Assembly: GCA_050084515.1 (NCBI GenBank)
Contig: CM114271.1
Span: 45,694,001-45,758,000 of the forward strand
Source: Blasia pusilla
Taxonomy: Eukaryota
Length of the DNA stretch: 64,000 bases
Reading direction: 5' to 3'
Shown here: piece after piece, positions 40,221 to 53,189 of the stretch
How positions within the stretch are numbered: position 1 is the stretch's first letter
Layout: every line of letters starts with the position of its first letter
The notes under the pieces: generated by a model
The model's input: the letters and a program-made list of their open reading frames with translations, nothing else
Database searches by the model: none
Told to the model about the DNA's origin: nothing
Program-made: the position numbers and the translations under genes

Positions 40221-43200
40221 GAATGTTCTACTTAATATGAAGTTTTTGTGAAGAAATATCTCCATAGAAACTTTGTGTCAAATGCCACACTAAAATCAAG
40301 TTGGGGATGCATGAGGAGGCATTGGACAACAGTAATATAACTGGTACCATCCCTGACTTGAGCGCTCTCATCAATCTTCAAACAATGTAAGGGAGTGAAT
40401 TGGATTCCATGCAAGTTATTGTGGGTTTGTGTTGGTTTAGGGTTTAGGGTTTATCTTTGGAAGTGTCTTTGCACATCCTAAAAGTAGATCATTATTTGTT
40501 CGTATAATAGATATGTTTAGATTTTTAACCACTTTTGGCGGATTGAGATAACATTGTGTAGGCAATTGCAAAACAACCAATTACAAGGTTTTATTCGGTT
40601 CATTGGCTTTGCTCCCAAATCTCACGTTATTGTCGTAGAACCTTCTCATTGTATTATCAAAGTTATTGTGCATTTTAGAGCATTTAATTGAAGAAATATT
40701 TGGTTTGAATGGCTTATAGTGTGAAAGATTACAAATTGTTAAAATTTTGAGATAATCATTGATAGTTAAGTTTTTCTTTGTAAAGTTTCCTTCAATCACA
40801 AGAGACAAATTATGATATAGATGATCTATTCAAGAAAAATAGAAAAGAATTTGGATCATAATTTGAAGTTGTAGTTGTTAAGATCATCTTAAGAATTTTT
40901 TTATTATCTAGATTAGAAGATAGGTAGTGTTATGAAAATAAATATTGTAAATGATTTGTCTTATCAATATCTACAAAATGTATGAGTAGCAAGTAACTAT
41001 GGTATTTTGTGCATTTTCTCAAAAAATTTAGACCATAACCTCTTGGAGGGAGATCTACCACCAGGTCTATCGAAGAAAATTGATACGGGCTCATTGACTT
41101 TTCATAGGCATTCCTTCCTCTCCTTCTTAGTTCTAAGTTTCAATTCAATGATATGTGTTATATATAAGCGAGGGGATGATCAAGTTCCAAATGATTGATT
41201 GATCAAGAACTTTGTTAATCTATAAAAATAAAACTGCGTATTTTGGAATTTTTTCAGGGCAACTGATAATCCATATGTATGTTTTGGAGGAAATCCCTGC
41301 TTACGACCATCCTCCTCACCAAGATCTCCTTCCAAGGGCTTAAGATCCAATATTGGGCCCATAGTGGATGCGGCAATAGGTGGCGTACTTGGGCTATTGC
41401 TTCTAGCAATGATTTTAATTTGCGTGTGTAGAAAGAGGAAGAATTCCAAACTTCCAATTGTGAAGATACATACTCAAACCAATAATGATTGTCTACTTAT
41501 GTGAATTTTTATAATATGTAATCTAATCTTGAATTTAATGAATATCTTTATATTTTCCTTCTTTATCTTATGTTTGTGAGTATTGAATGCCATTGGGTTC
41601 TTTTTGTTAGTCTAGGTAAATTAGATGTGAAAGTTGTTGCCAATGGGGTTTCTTCCTTTTCAAACCAACCTAGAGATCCAAACCAACCTATCTCTTTCAC
41701 ACGAATTGAGATACTTCATGCCACAAACAAATTTTCAAAAAAAATTGGTTAAGGTGGCTACGAAGATGTTTACTACGGATAATTGCACGATGGTCAAGAG
41801 GTGGTTGTGAAAGTGAACAAAGGAAATTCACACCAAAGAGAAAAGGAATTTTTGAACAAGATAAATCACGTCGTCATCAAAAAATTCGTGTGTCAAAGTA
41901 GTATCAAGAATCACTAAGATGTTGACTAATTGGAAATAAGTGTAAATGAACATACAAACTTATGATCTACAAGAAATCAATAGCATGAGTATGGTTGGCA
42001 TTCAAAGTCTTTCTAGGCTTAATTATTAATACTTTCAATCATTTAGCTTTGAATCTCATTCAACATTTGGTGGTGGATGTGGCTAGGTAATGCTCCTATC
42101 AAGATTATACCACAAAATTTTTTATTTTTTATAGATTATTGCAAGGAAGAAAATGAGCGAGTTTTAATATTTGCATTCATGTCTCAAGGGACTTTGCAAG
42201 AGCATCTCTATGGTAAGCATTCCCTTCTTCTCATTCTAATAACCCCTTCATCCCATCCAGATTATGTCATACCCAAAATCATCCCACGACTCATGAAAAG
42301 ATATAGACTTTTTCCTTCGACCAATGGTTCAAAGGTTCTATTCTTTTCTTACTTGAAAGGAAATTTTTTGCCTGAGGGAGAAAGAAATAAAACTCTTGGA
42401 ATAGTGAGAAAAAACGTGAGTGTGTTAATAAGATCCCCCAATTTCCACTAACTTGTTCTTGGCTTTGAAATAGGTGAAGGAGGAACTCATGTACCACAAC
42501 CACTAGATTGGCAAACAATACTAGATATTGTCCTCAACGCTACGCGAGGTGATGATGATACTTGGATTTAGCGTGCATCTAAATTCATGCATATGCATTG
42601 TAGTATAAGGAAGATGTGTGCATTTAGAGCACTTATCCCTTTCAAATGAAGGATACATGATTCTATTTACTCAAGAACAGTCCTTCATGCGATCGATTTG
42701 TTGTTCTACTCTAACTACTACAAGTTTTTCTTGTTTGTGGCTTCTATACTTCTCCAAGAATGGAATACCTGCATCATTCTTGCTCTCCCTCTCTTATCCC
42801 TCGAGACATAAAACCAAGAAATATTTTATTGACCGACAAGCTCATGGCCAAAATATCAGATTTTGGTATTTCAAATTTTGGAATCATTTGAGTGGCAACT
42901 ACCACTCAAATGATTCCTTATTATTTACTTGTGTGGTAACATCCATGTGCATGTAAGAGTTCTTAATTCCAATATTAGGAATGTAGAAGTTTTTTTTGGG
43001 CGAAGCTCTTGCGTATGAACTTTCACCTCATTAGTGGGTTTTAGCCTTAACTTTGCAATGGTTATTTGCAAGTAGTTCTAATGAGATCTTCAAATTTTCA
43101 TTTTTCTTGGTTATGTAGAGAAATAAGTGCACCCTCATCCCTTTAGATCTTGTTATTAAGAAATTCTAATAATGAAAGAGTTTATTTCAAAAGGTGGGAG

Positions 43201-43544
43201 ATTGTCAACAAAAAAATTCTATCCAAGATGTAGTCGATACTACGCTAGCCACAAATTATAATTTACACTCTCCATGAAGAGTTGTTGAGATAGCAATGGC
43301 ATGTTTGGAGCCTTCTGCAATAAATAGACCGGATATACAAGTTGTTATTGCATTGAGTGAGGCTTTGGATATAGAGGAGCATCAACAAGGGATAATAACA
43401 TCTTCAAATCATTCTCCATATGACCTTATTGCTTCTACTTTTGACCAATACCAACGTGTTCATCCAGGCTCTTGATCTTCTGCTAAGTCCTCCAACGAGA
43501 GCTTTCCTACAATGACTTGGAGTTCCAATGTTACAGCTAGGTAA
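40221..43544 (+). pseudogene. Partial tandem duplicate pseudogene of the LRR-RLK (exons 6-15 with introns)
   Basis: Colinear with 32263-36084. In-frame stops (TAA 41750-41752 in the Gly-rich loop and others), mutated splice sites, and a deletion after DFG at ~42875 removing the GYLDPE region and exon 14. No 5' exons. Confidence 0.93.
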
Positions 43545-44153
43545 TACTAGTAAAGTATCATAGATTGCAAGGATTTACGCTTTTCCTGTCATCTTCTTTA
43601 TATTTTATCCGTGTTCATAACTCTTAACACAAACTAATTGGATTCAAATGGAGAAAATATCTAAGCATTGAACTATAGCGTTCTTGGACTGGATTAAGAG
43701 TAGTAGACTATTACTCACATTCCAAAATTTCCAAGATGCCCTATCCTAGGGGAAAAAATTGTGACTATAGTTGAATTGGTTCAACACATAAAGTAGCTCT
43801 ACCATATTTTAGGAATTATTACTCTTTAAGCCCAATAGATCAATATCTTACGGATGTCATCTTGAATCTCCATGGCATACTTAGTTTTCACCATGAGGAA
43901 ATTGATGTATCTAATCATTGACCTGCTAGTTTTAATGACCATATCTTTTAGTTGTGCACCATTATTTTCTTTGCTCTATGATTTATCCAAGTTTTTTTAA
44001 GAGCATCGAAGCAAGAGTATTAAGACACCTTAATAATGAAAAATTAGAGAAAATTAATAGGGGAAGTGGTGATGGGATTCTAGATTTATAGTGCAAAGTT
44101 TATCCTTAGAAAGATGTCATGATTTTAAGTTGGTGCATTACCATATAAAGAAA

Positions 44154-45244
44154 CTAGTAAGGTGCCTGTGCAATGCACGGGAATAATAAGTGTTTGAAAT
44201 TTTTTGTTAGTTTATAACTTGTGATTAATGAAGGGAAGGGATTAATGATGCAACATACAAATTCAAATCTTTTTTTATCGCTTCTTACATAAGGAGACAC
44301 ATTTTCTTGTCGCCTAGTTGCCATATGTCAAACAGAGAGGTGAGGTGTTGGCAAATCAAGAAGGCACTCTCCCATAATAATGTAGGCATTTCCCGTTCCA
44401 TACACAGTTTCCTCAATAGACATGTGCCGATGATATTTTTTAGAAATTAAATTAAAAATTTTAAAATCTATTAAATTTCAAAATTTAGGTGTAATTTCCA
44501 CTCTTATAAATCTTAAAAGAGTAAGAAATCACCTTTAGATAATATCCATCTCCCTAAATAATTACATTACTCCCTAAAAGTTCCAACAAAAATTATTCTT
44601 CCCTTCCACTCTTCCTACCAAAATCACATTTACTAAAAACTTTTCATTAATTTTATTTAATTAAATGATTTTCCTTTTCCATTAAATTGATTTTATTTTC
44701 CCAAAATATCACATGTGAATTCATATGATTAATTTAAGAATAATAAAATCATTCATTTAAATTTTTAAATATAAGAACTATTTTCTAAAATCTTAGAAGA
44801 ATAAGAAAATTTCACTCTTTTAAGTAATTAAAATACTTCATTTAAATGATATCCCAATCCTCTAAATAATTTTAACCTTCCATAAAATTTGATCTTCTCC
44901 TTCTCCATTAAAATTTTTGTGAATTAAGACACAACTTCTAAAATTTTTTAATCCAAATTATTCCATTTTACTGATATTTATAATATGAAATAAATTATTA
45001 ATACTTAATAAAATATTTTTCTATTTTATTCAAATCCTTTTGATTTTTTCTACTTTGAAGATTTCTACCCATCTAATGTGATTTAAATAATAAAATAAAC
45101 AGGTTCAATACTTGAATGCCCCTCCCTAACCCTAAAGCCTCCCTACCCTCCTCCCTCAATGTCGTAAGGCTAAGACCTCAAAACGCCTACGTGTTATTAT
45201 GTGAGGACGGGTTTTCAAACCCCATCCTCTTTTAATAATATAGA
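44154..45244 (-). mobile_element. Non-autonomous Helitron (~1.09 kb)
   Basis: Minus strand starts A|TCTATATTATTAAAA at 45244 and ends CTAG|T at 44154. Hairpin cctgtgcaatgcacggg at 44165-44181. AT-rich non-coding interior. Confidence 0.88.
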
Positions 45245-45747
45245 TAAGAGTACTCCAAATCAATTCAAAATAAATTTGGGTGCGAAATAGGAATAAGTAT
45301 ATTGGAGACTAATGCATTCTAGGAAGATCTACTCCATGGAAGAGTGGCCATTCCGAATCACTTTTGGAACGAATGGTAACTTGCTCTATTACATTAATGA
45401 AGTTTTCTTGAAGTAATTCAATTTATAGGAGAGAGAGTAGAAAGAAGGCAACCAAATCTTGGCTTGATATTGTTGTTTGTTGGTGAAGTTTATGATTTTA
45501 GGGCTTCTGTTTTTTTTCCATCCTCCAATTGGATTAGGCCATAGAGCACTTTGGGTCCTTCAGACTCTTTTTGTACTTAATGAAGTCACCTATCCTATTT
45601 TATTAAAGTTGCGTATTTTTTTGGATCTAGGGTCCATTCCTAGCATAAGGTTCAAATTTAGAATGTGAGTTTTATTCATTCCAATATTTTTAAAACTCAT
45701 TCTATTCGATGATATATATGTATTTTGTATGTTTTTCCCTTTGATTT

Positions 45748-48700
45748 TATTGAAGATTGAGTTACAATCAAGCTCATGAGACACCTGAACTGCTACATTT
45801 TGGTACTCACAAAAAATAGGGAAGCTTAATCTTGGTTAGTCAGTTAAGCACGATCATCTTAACTAGGGTTAGTTAATCACAATTAGTCTAACTCAAGACT
45901 ATGGTTAAGGATAGTGTTAGGGTTGATTGCACAAACCCTATATAATTGAGAAGAGGACCAGCCTATACTCATTCTCTCATTGCAAATTTCGTTCTCCATG
46001 GTGGTGTGTGTGTGAGAGCCATTTTCCACCAGTTATGCTTGTTTAGCAATTTTCCATATGATATCAGAGCGAGAGGGGAACATCACTTGAAATTCTTAGT
46101 GTTTGAAGAGAGAAGAGAGGCAAGAGAAGGAAAAATTCCAAGAGGAGGAAATTTTATTCAGAGCTCAGTTGGTGCAGATTTCAGGTGGAGCTTTGACGGT
46201 GATAAAACTTTGGAGACATTTTTTAGGGCTTTCCCGGTCGATTCAACCATCTGGGGCCGCTTCGGCTAGAACGACAACAAAGGCTAGTTCTAACCATCCT
46301 ATACAACTTGTTGAGAGCTTTCCAACGTACCCAAAATTTCTCAATTTTGATACTTTGAGCTCTTATGTAGCAATTTCAGTGTAGGAAAGTGCAATTAGTG
46401 AAGAAAAGTTGTGCAATTTGCTCTCTACAGGCCAATTTTGACTAGTTATTTCATTCAGTTGATCAATTTTGGCAAATTTCAGATCGATTTCTATGTAGGA
46501 GTGGTCTATGCTTCAATTGGAGCAATAGAAAGCCTAAAATTACATTTTTATGAGTAAAATCATTTTTGATGGAATATTCCTCAGCAACAATCACAAGCGA
46601 GAAGCTAGACAAGCAAAATTACAATGTTTGGAAGTTTCGCATGAAACAATTTCTCATGGGTCAAGAACTATGGGAGCTTGTCACAGGTGATGAGGCCAAG
46701 CCAAAAGATGACTCAACAGACTTAAATGTTCGCGCTTGGAACAAACGCGCAAGGCAAGTAATCCACTACATTTCAATAACGATCAGTTCGCCAATAATAG
46801 GTCACATCCAAGATGTTGATATTCCGAAGGAGGCTTGGGATGCATTGGAAAAGATGTTCCAAACATCTACAAAAGCCAGAAAGCTTCAATTGAAACAAAA
46901 ATTGAATGAAGTGAGGAAAGGATCGGAGAGCATGAATGATTATATTTTGAGTATCAAACATATTGTTGATTAGTTGAATAGCATTGGAGTGACAATAGAA
47001 GATGATGATCTGATTTTATTCACTCTTCAAGGCCTTCCAAAAGATTACAAGTCCATTGAGATCTCTATCTCTGTGAGAGAGAAGTATCCAACCTTTCAAG
47101 AGTTAGTTCCTCTGTTAATCAATGAAGAGATGCGCCTAGTAGGAGCGGTAGCTCGTCTAGTCAAACAAGAGAGTGCGCTATTTGGGTTATGGATCAGCAG
47201 AGGGGGGGTCGTGGAGAAACTTCCGTGGTCGTGGTGGATATCAAGCATATGGAGGAAGAGGCACTCAATATAACGTCACTCAATCAACTACGAACCGATG
47301 CAGACACAATCACAAGGTGTTGATGGTGGAAACCGTTGGGGTCGAGGTCAACAACAGATGGTCCCTGGATCTTGCAATTACTATGGGAGAAGGGGTCACT
47401 ATGCAAGGTTTTGCTTCAAGAAGAAGGCAAATATGAGAACATGAGCCTTACAACAACAAAACTATGTGGAGCAACAACATCAAGAGCAATACCAAGAACA
47501 ACAACATTCACAAACGGAGCATCTCTTGGTCATGACTCATCATATGGGAGCAATGGTCAAGAAAGACTCGATAATAGATTGGTACATGGACTCTGGTGCA
47601 TCAAATCATATGACCTCACAAGCTAAATGGTTAAATAGTTTGGAGTCGATGAAAGATCCTGCAATTGTGCTCACAAGAGATGACACTCAACATCATATCA
47701 CGTATATCGATAAAGTTCCAATAGCATCGATGATCTTTGTGCTCTTGGAAATGTTCTCTATGTTCCTACCATTGCAAGAAATCTCATCTCTATAGGACAG
47801 ATATTAGAACAGGGTTATCAAGTGAAGTTTAACGTAGATGGTTATTTCATTGAAATAATGGATGACCAAACTACGATAGCCAAAGGAACTAGATCTGGCA
47901 GAATGTTCAAATTAGATGTTTCTATGCTAGAGATTCAAACAACAATGTATGGTCAAACCGGCCAACAAGTCACAGATCTAAATGTGTGGCATAAAAGAAT
48001 TATACATATGAAACTTCAAAGATTATAGAGTCTTTCATCATCTAATATAGTTATAGGACTCCCTAAATTAGCGAGTCCTGTTACGTTAGAGCTATGTCCT
48101 CCTTGCTAATTTGGAAAACAAGCTAGATTTCCTTTTCCAAAGCAAGGTAGAAGAGCATCCAAGATATTCGAGTTGATCCACAATGATGTGTGGACAACAT
48201 CACAACATAGCCTTAGTGGTTCCCAGTACTTTGTTTCATTTATTGATGACTTCTCTAGGTATATATGGGTATATTTTCTGAAGGCCAAGTTAGAGATATT
48301 CTCAATGTTCTAGTAGAGAAGCAGACTGGACAACACATTCTGAAATTGCGTTGTGATGGAGGAGGATAGTATCTTTCAACAGTGTTTGATGACTATTGAA
48401 AGATAAGTCACTTGACGTTCGGATGGCATCCAACGTCAAGTGACTTGCCGTTACACTCCACAACAAAATGGAGTGGCTGAGAGGAAGAATCGACATATTG
48501 ATGAAGCGGCACAAGCTATGCTGAATGAGAAGAACATGCCTAAGGTATATTGGACAGAGGTTGTAGCATGTGCAGTCTTCTTAATCAACCGAACTCCAAG
48601 AGTAGGAGTTCATGATAAAACTCCATTTGAAGTCTTCACACGAAGTAAACCTGATTTTTCCTTCTTGAAAGTATTTGGTTGTATTTGTTATGCTTATGTT

Positions 48701-48806
48701 CCTTTTGAGAGACGTAAAAAATTAGACCCCGAGTCTGAAAGATGTATCTTCATTGGCTATGCTGATGGAACTAAGGGAAATAAGTGCTACATTCCATCCT
48801 CTAGGC
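45748..48806 (+). mobile_element. Second copy of the same Copia family, 3'-truncated within integrase
   Basis: LTR 45748-46058, PBS tgatatcagagc, gag, WYMDSGASNHMT and integrase. Colinear with 13410-16480. Stops at attccatcctctaggc, where a Gypsy LTR begins. Confidence 0.93.
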
Positions 48807-50280
48807 TGTCGTGCGCATACACATCGTTACACAACATACATCGCTATCATCGAGCACACACACAAACACGCACAATCCCATACTAACTCATGGCATCCAA
48901 ACAACGAGACAAGAAGTACCAAAATATCTCCAATTAAAGTAAGATCCAATCTCTCTCTACACAATCTCACACCATAGCTCTCAAAGGTGTGCACTCTCTC
49001 TCATGTCAAACCAAACCTACTCTCCTAATGAGAGGCTTGGATAACACTCACAAGGCAAGGGACCATAGCTCCGTGGCCTCATGCCAAGAGGTTCAACAAA
49101 GAGAGAATGAGCTCTCAAGCTCTCTCTCCTTGGGATATATAACCCCCTCCCCTTTCCCAAGCTCTCTCCATGGTAACCTATTCTCCCAAGTCACCTCCTT
49201 GGCTCTTGACCTGATGTAGGAGGTCAAGGGCCACATACCAAAAATAGAAAGTTGATCATATACTCCAAATGGTACTTACCTAAAATAGTAAGTTTCTCAA
49301 TATGGCTCCAAATGAGCCAAAAACGAAGGGGAAACTGCTCTCTCAGGTTTCCCACGGCCTCAGCATGTCATCATCAACCTGCTAGGCCTGTCCTCCACTA
49401 CTCTTGAAGACGCTTTACTAGATCTTACCGATCTATCCTAAAGGACGTGACAGCTGTCGTGCACATACACATCGCTACACAACATACATCGTTGTCACCG
49501 AACACACACACAAATACGCACGATCCCATGCTAACTCATGGCATCCAAAACAACGAGACAAGAAGTACCAAAATATCTCCAATCGCCCCCTTAGCTGGTG
49601 GTTAGGTCCCTCTAACTCCAGATAGCCATCTATCCCTACCTACCATGACGTACATCTCTTGGACGCTAAGAGCAAGAAGGTCCGGTGCTCATGTGGCCCC
49701 ATCGTTAGTTGCCTTCCTGTCATCCATGTCAGAGAAAAAGTCGGGATCGAAACCTACCTAATATCTCCTCTATGTACATCTTGGACACATCCATTGTCCC
49801 CGAGGAACCCTAGTGAGAGGTGGCGTTAGACATGCCATATGCCAACCTCTCGAATAACCATCACAGACTAGCATCGTGGTCGTACCACGGGCAGAACCAC
49901 ACAACATACAACGCAAGCCTAAGCTCGGATCCACTGTAACATCAATGTTAGGAAGGTGACATGGTGCACAATTATGCACATGGTCCTTCCATACCATACC
50001 ATCGCGTTCCTCCAGCAAGAGAACACCAGATGGCAAAACGTAACACACTCTCAAGATAGTGCGCCCTACAGTCACATCCAACGTCGTCGGTGGCGTCTGC
50101 TGCAAGTAGACATAATCTCCTTGATAAAACCTCCGGATAGTTGGTCGATAACCACCATCCCAAATAGTTGCATACCTCAACGTATCTCGATGCTGCGCAA
50201 TCGCCAAGTTCTCAAACGCCATGGGCATCACTCTTTGAAACAACTCAGCCCTCTGAGAACATGCTCGCATCCATACATTT
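48807..50280 (-). mobile_element. 3' end of a PHD-Gypsy: integrase tail with PHD finger, 3' UTR, extra U5-like block and LTR
   Basis: ORF 49770..50309 has AFENLAIAQHRDTLRY and ends CMLC..MLVCDGYSRGWHMACLTPPL..VPRGQWMCPRC. U5-like block 49455-49582. LTR 48807-49452 (TGTCAC...GCACGACA). Confidence 0.92.
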
Positions 50281-53189
50281 GAGCACTTGCATTTTTGTCC
50301 CATTGTCATCCACCACCCTCAAGGGCATTCCATCTCTCCTCTTTGGCCTTTCCCAAAGATATTTATCTTGTAGTAGATAGCCATACGTCTTATGTCGAAT
50401 CTCCTTGAAGAACTTATCTGTCCATCCACCTTCTCTCTGCAGAGTGCTTAAATAGCGCCTAATTTCTTTCAACTTGCCCTCATACAAATTCTCTTTGGAG
50501 GCTAGAGCATTCTTTATGCCACCCTGTTCTTGCGATGACACTTGCCATACATATGCATCATCCTCATCTATCTCAACTGCCTCCATATTTTCTTCTTGAC
50601 TAAATCTAGCTCTAGGCAACATGTCAGCTACTGAGTTCTCTTTTCCAGCTATATGCCTCAATTGTGGATTTAAGGACCTAATGTAGGCTATCCAACGTAA
50701 CATGGCTATATCTGGAGTTGCACAATTTGCAATCATTCCTAACAGAGGTAGACAATCAACTTCATGCAACATATAGGCTCCCATAAGATACTCCTTCTCA
50801 ACTTTCATCGCAGTCACAACTTCCCAAAGCTCCCTCTTTACCTGAGGGTACCTCCTTTTTTGTTCCGTGAGTGTACGAACTCCAAACCTTGTCGCAAATC
50901 TTCTTCCTTCTACATTATCGTGCCCAACTGCCCACCCGATAGCAATGGGGCTAGTGTCTACTGTGATGATAATAGGTCTTCCACATTCGTAGCTCATTTG
51001 TCATAGAACCGGTGGCAACTTCAATGCCTCCTTTGACTACATCATTGCTGCTCTTTGCCTCTTCTCCCAAGTGAACTTCTTCTTCTTTCTCAACAACTCA
51101 TACAAAGGATCAGATATGTGGCCAAAATGAGGAATCAACACCTCATAAAATACATAAGCTCCTAAAAACCTTCTCACTTCGGTGACATTTTTGTATCCTC
51201 GTATCCTCCCAATGACATCAACTTTTGCTCGATTTGGTTTTCGGCCAAACTCTCCACAAAGATGACCCACTACCACAATCTGAGGAATCCCAAAGCTACA
51301 CTTTTCTCTAAAAAGAGTAAGATTGACCTCTTCTAGTCTTGTTAGGATCATATCCACATCACAAATATGATCAGACACAAACTTTCTACATCCATCTTTC
51401 ACAACCCTCTCAATCCTATCTTCTATTGCACATCCCTTTATAAGAATATCATCTACAAAAGGAATAGTTTTCTCAGGAATGAACTCTCTCAAGATCTTAT
51501 TCATTGCACCCTTCATGTGAGCGATAGAATTTGTTGCTCCTTGAGATAATGTGCACATTCTTACAAGCCCAAGTGGATTACGCATACTCAACTATGTGCA
51601 ATTGTGAAATTTACCATCGCTGCCACCACACTTGTGTCTACACAACCAATTTCTTGTGTAGTAAAAGAGAAGGCCTTACCATATCTCCTTAACATCTCCC
51701 GAAAGCTTTTTCTTTCAATTTATGTGAGAAACTCACCCCCTCCAATTTGCAGACAATCTAGCATACATCCCACTAATGAACTCTTCATCTAATAGAACAC
51801 CCTCATATTTTAACAAACCTTTCTTCTTTTTTTCTTCATAAAACGTCTTTTCTTTTCATTCATTTCTTTCATCATTTGGAATCTACTAGACCACAAAGGA
51901 AAACATTGAGAAAACCCACACCTAAACATGTATGATTCTTCCCCCTCTACTAGCGGAATGCTCTTTCTTTTCTCTGCACCTCCATATTCCCGCTCTACAA
52001 GAGTACTAACTAAAAATCCGAAAACTTTTTCTCTACCTTCATAGGACCATCTCTCAACTTCTCTCTATTCCTTTCATAACCTACTTGTACAGTAAGGAAT
52101 TGAACTGAACTCATTCCATCGACTTCACGATATTTAATATAATGAGACCCATCATCCATGACTTTGGTCTCCATTCTAGATGCTGTGATATAAGGTTGCC
52201 CAATAATCATAGGATAAGCAGCTCCATTCTGAACAAAATAATTTTGCTCAATCAACACATCTCCCATACGAGTTTTGACAGTTGGACAAACACCGTAGAG
52301 TTCACTTTTTGGGTTGTTAGCTGCATGTAGTACCCATCCATGCCTTGTATCAATTGGCCACATCCCTTTGTCGTATACACTTTGTGACATAATGTTGATC
52401 TCCGAACCATGATCAACGAGAGCCAAAACTGACTCTTGGAGAGAGCCAAGTCGAGTTGTAGCCTTCGTCGTTGCACACGCCCAATATGACCGAGAATAGT
52501 GTCCACCATTGTGCCTTTCTTCACCTTGTTCTGTCAAGGCTTCTCCTACTCTTGCCTCTTCTCCTTGTAAGTCAAGCTTTTGTCCAAAAACTTAGCAAAG
52601 CTCTTCATCTTCTTCTTCTGTAATGTCAGTATCCAATGCCCTCACCATCACCATATCTACAGTCATCTACCTTTTCCTTTTGATCACATTTATGATCAAC
52701 TCATGAAAGTCACGTTTGGCTATGCCCAAGACTTCCCTTAGAGAAAACTCTATTTTTGCATCCAAAACCTCTCCTCAAGAATCTCCTTCAAATTTGTGCT
52801 TGTCTATATATCAGACTGCAGCTTGTATGTAGGAGTCTTACCCTGGTCTTCTAAAAACACCTCAATTCATTTTCCTTCATCCATGCTTTTTTGACATTAG
52901 AATCCCTCATAGATTTAGGTGTGAAAGGTCCTTCTTCTCTTGATGGCTGCGCCTCGGGTTTCCCTTTCTTTCTTGCGGTCCTCGCTCTTCTTGCAACTTC
53001 CTCAGGATCAACACCATCATTGTCGCGTCTCCTCTTCTCCTCCACACTAGCATCTTGCCAGCTCACATGTTTCTCTTGTGCTAGGTATGCTTTAAAACAC
53101 CCAACTTCCATTAGATCATCCCATCCAGTCAGATGATGGATAGTCTATGCCCCTCGTATAATTAATTCTAGAGGAAATTGTAATGATTC
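50280..53189 (-). mobile_element. 3' part of Gypsy element 'G': gag end, protease, RT (partly deleted), RNase H
   Basis: TGWDDLMEVGCFKAYL, protease LALVDHGSEINIMS, RT FVDDILIKG and RNase H TVDTSPIAIGW...KRELW...VDCLPL. Confidence 0.9.

Noticed and set aside
48807-49582. DIRS/Ngaro tyrosine-recombinase element suggested by the split repeats
   Set aside because: The family encodes a DDE-type integrase and has TG...CA LTR ends. No tyrosine recombinase was seen.
49770-50309. Stand-alone host PHD-finger gene
   Set aside because: It is continuous with an integrase tail, followed by an LTR, and present in a second TE copy.
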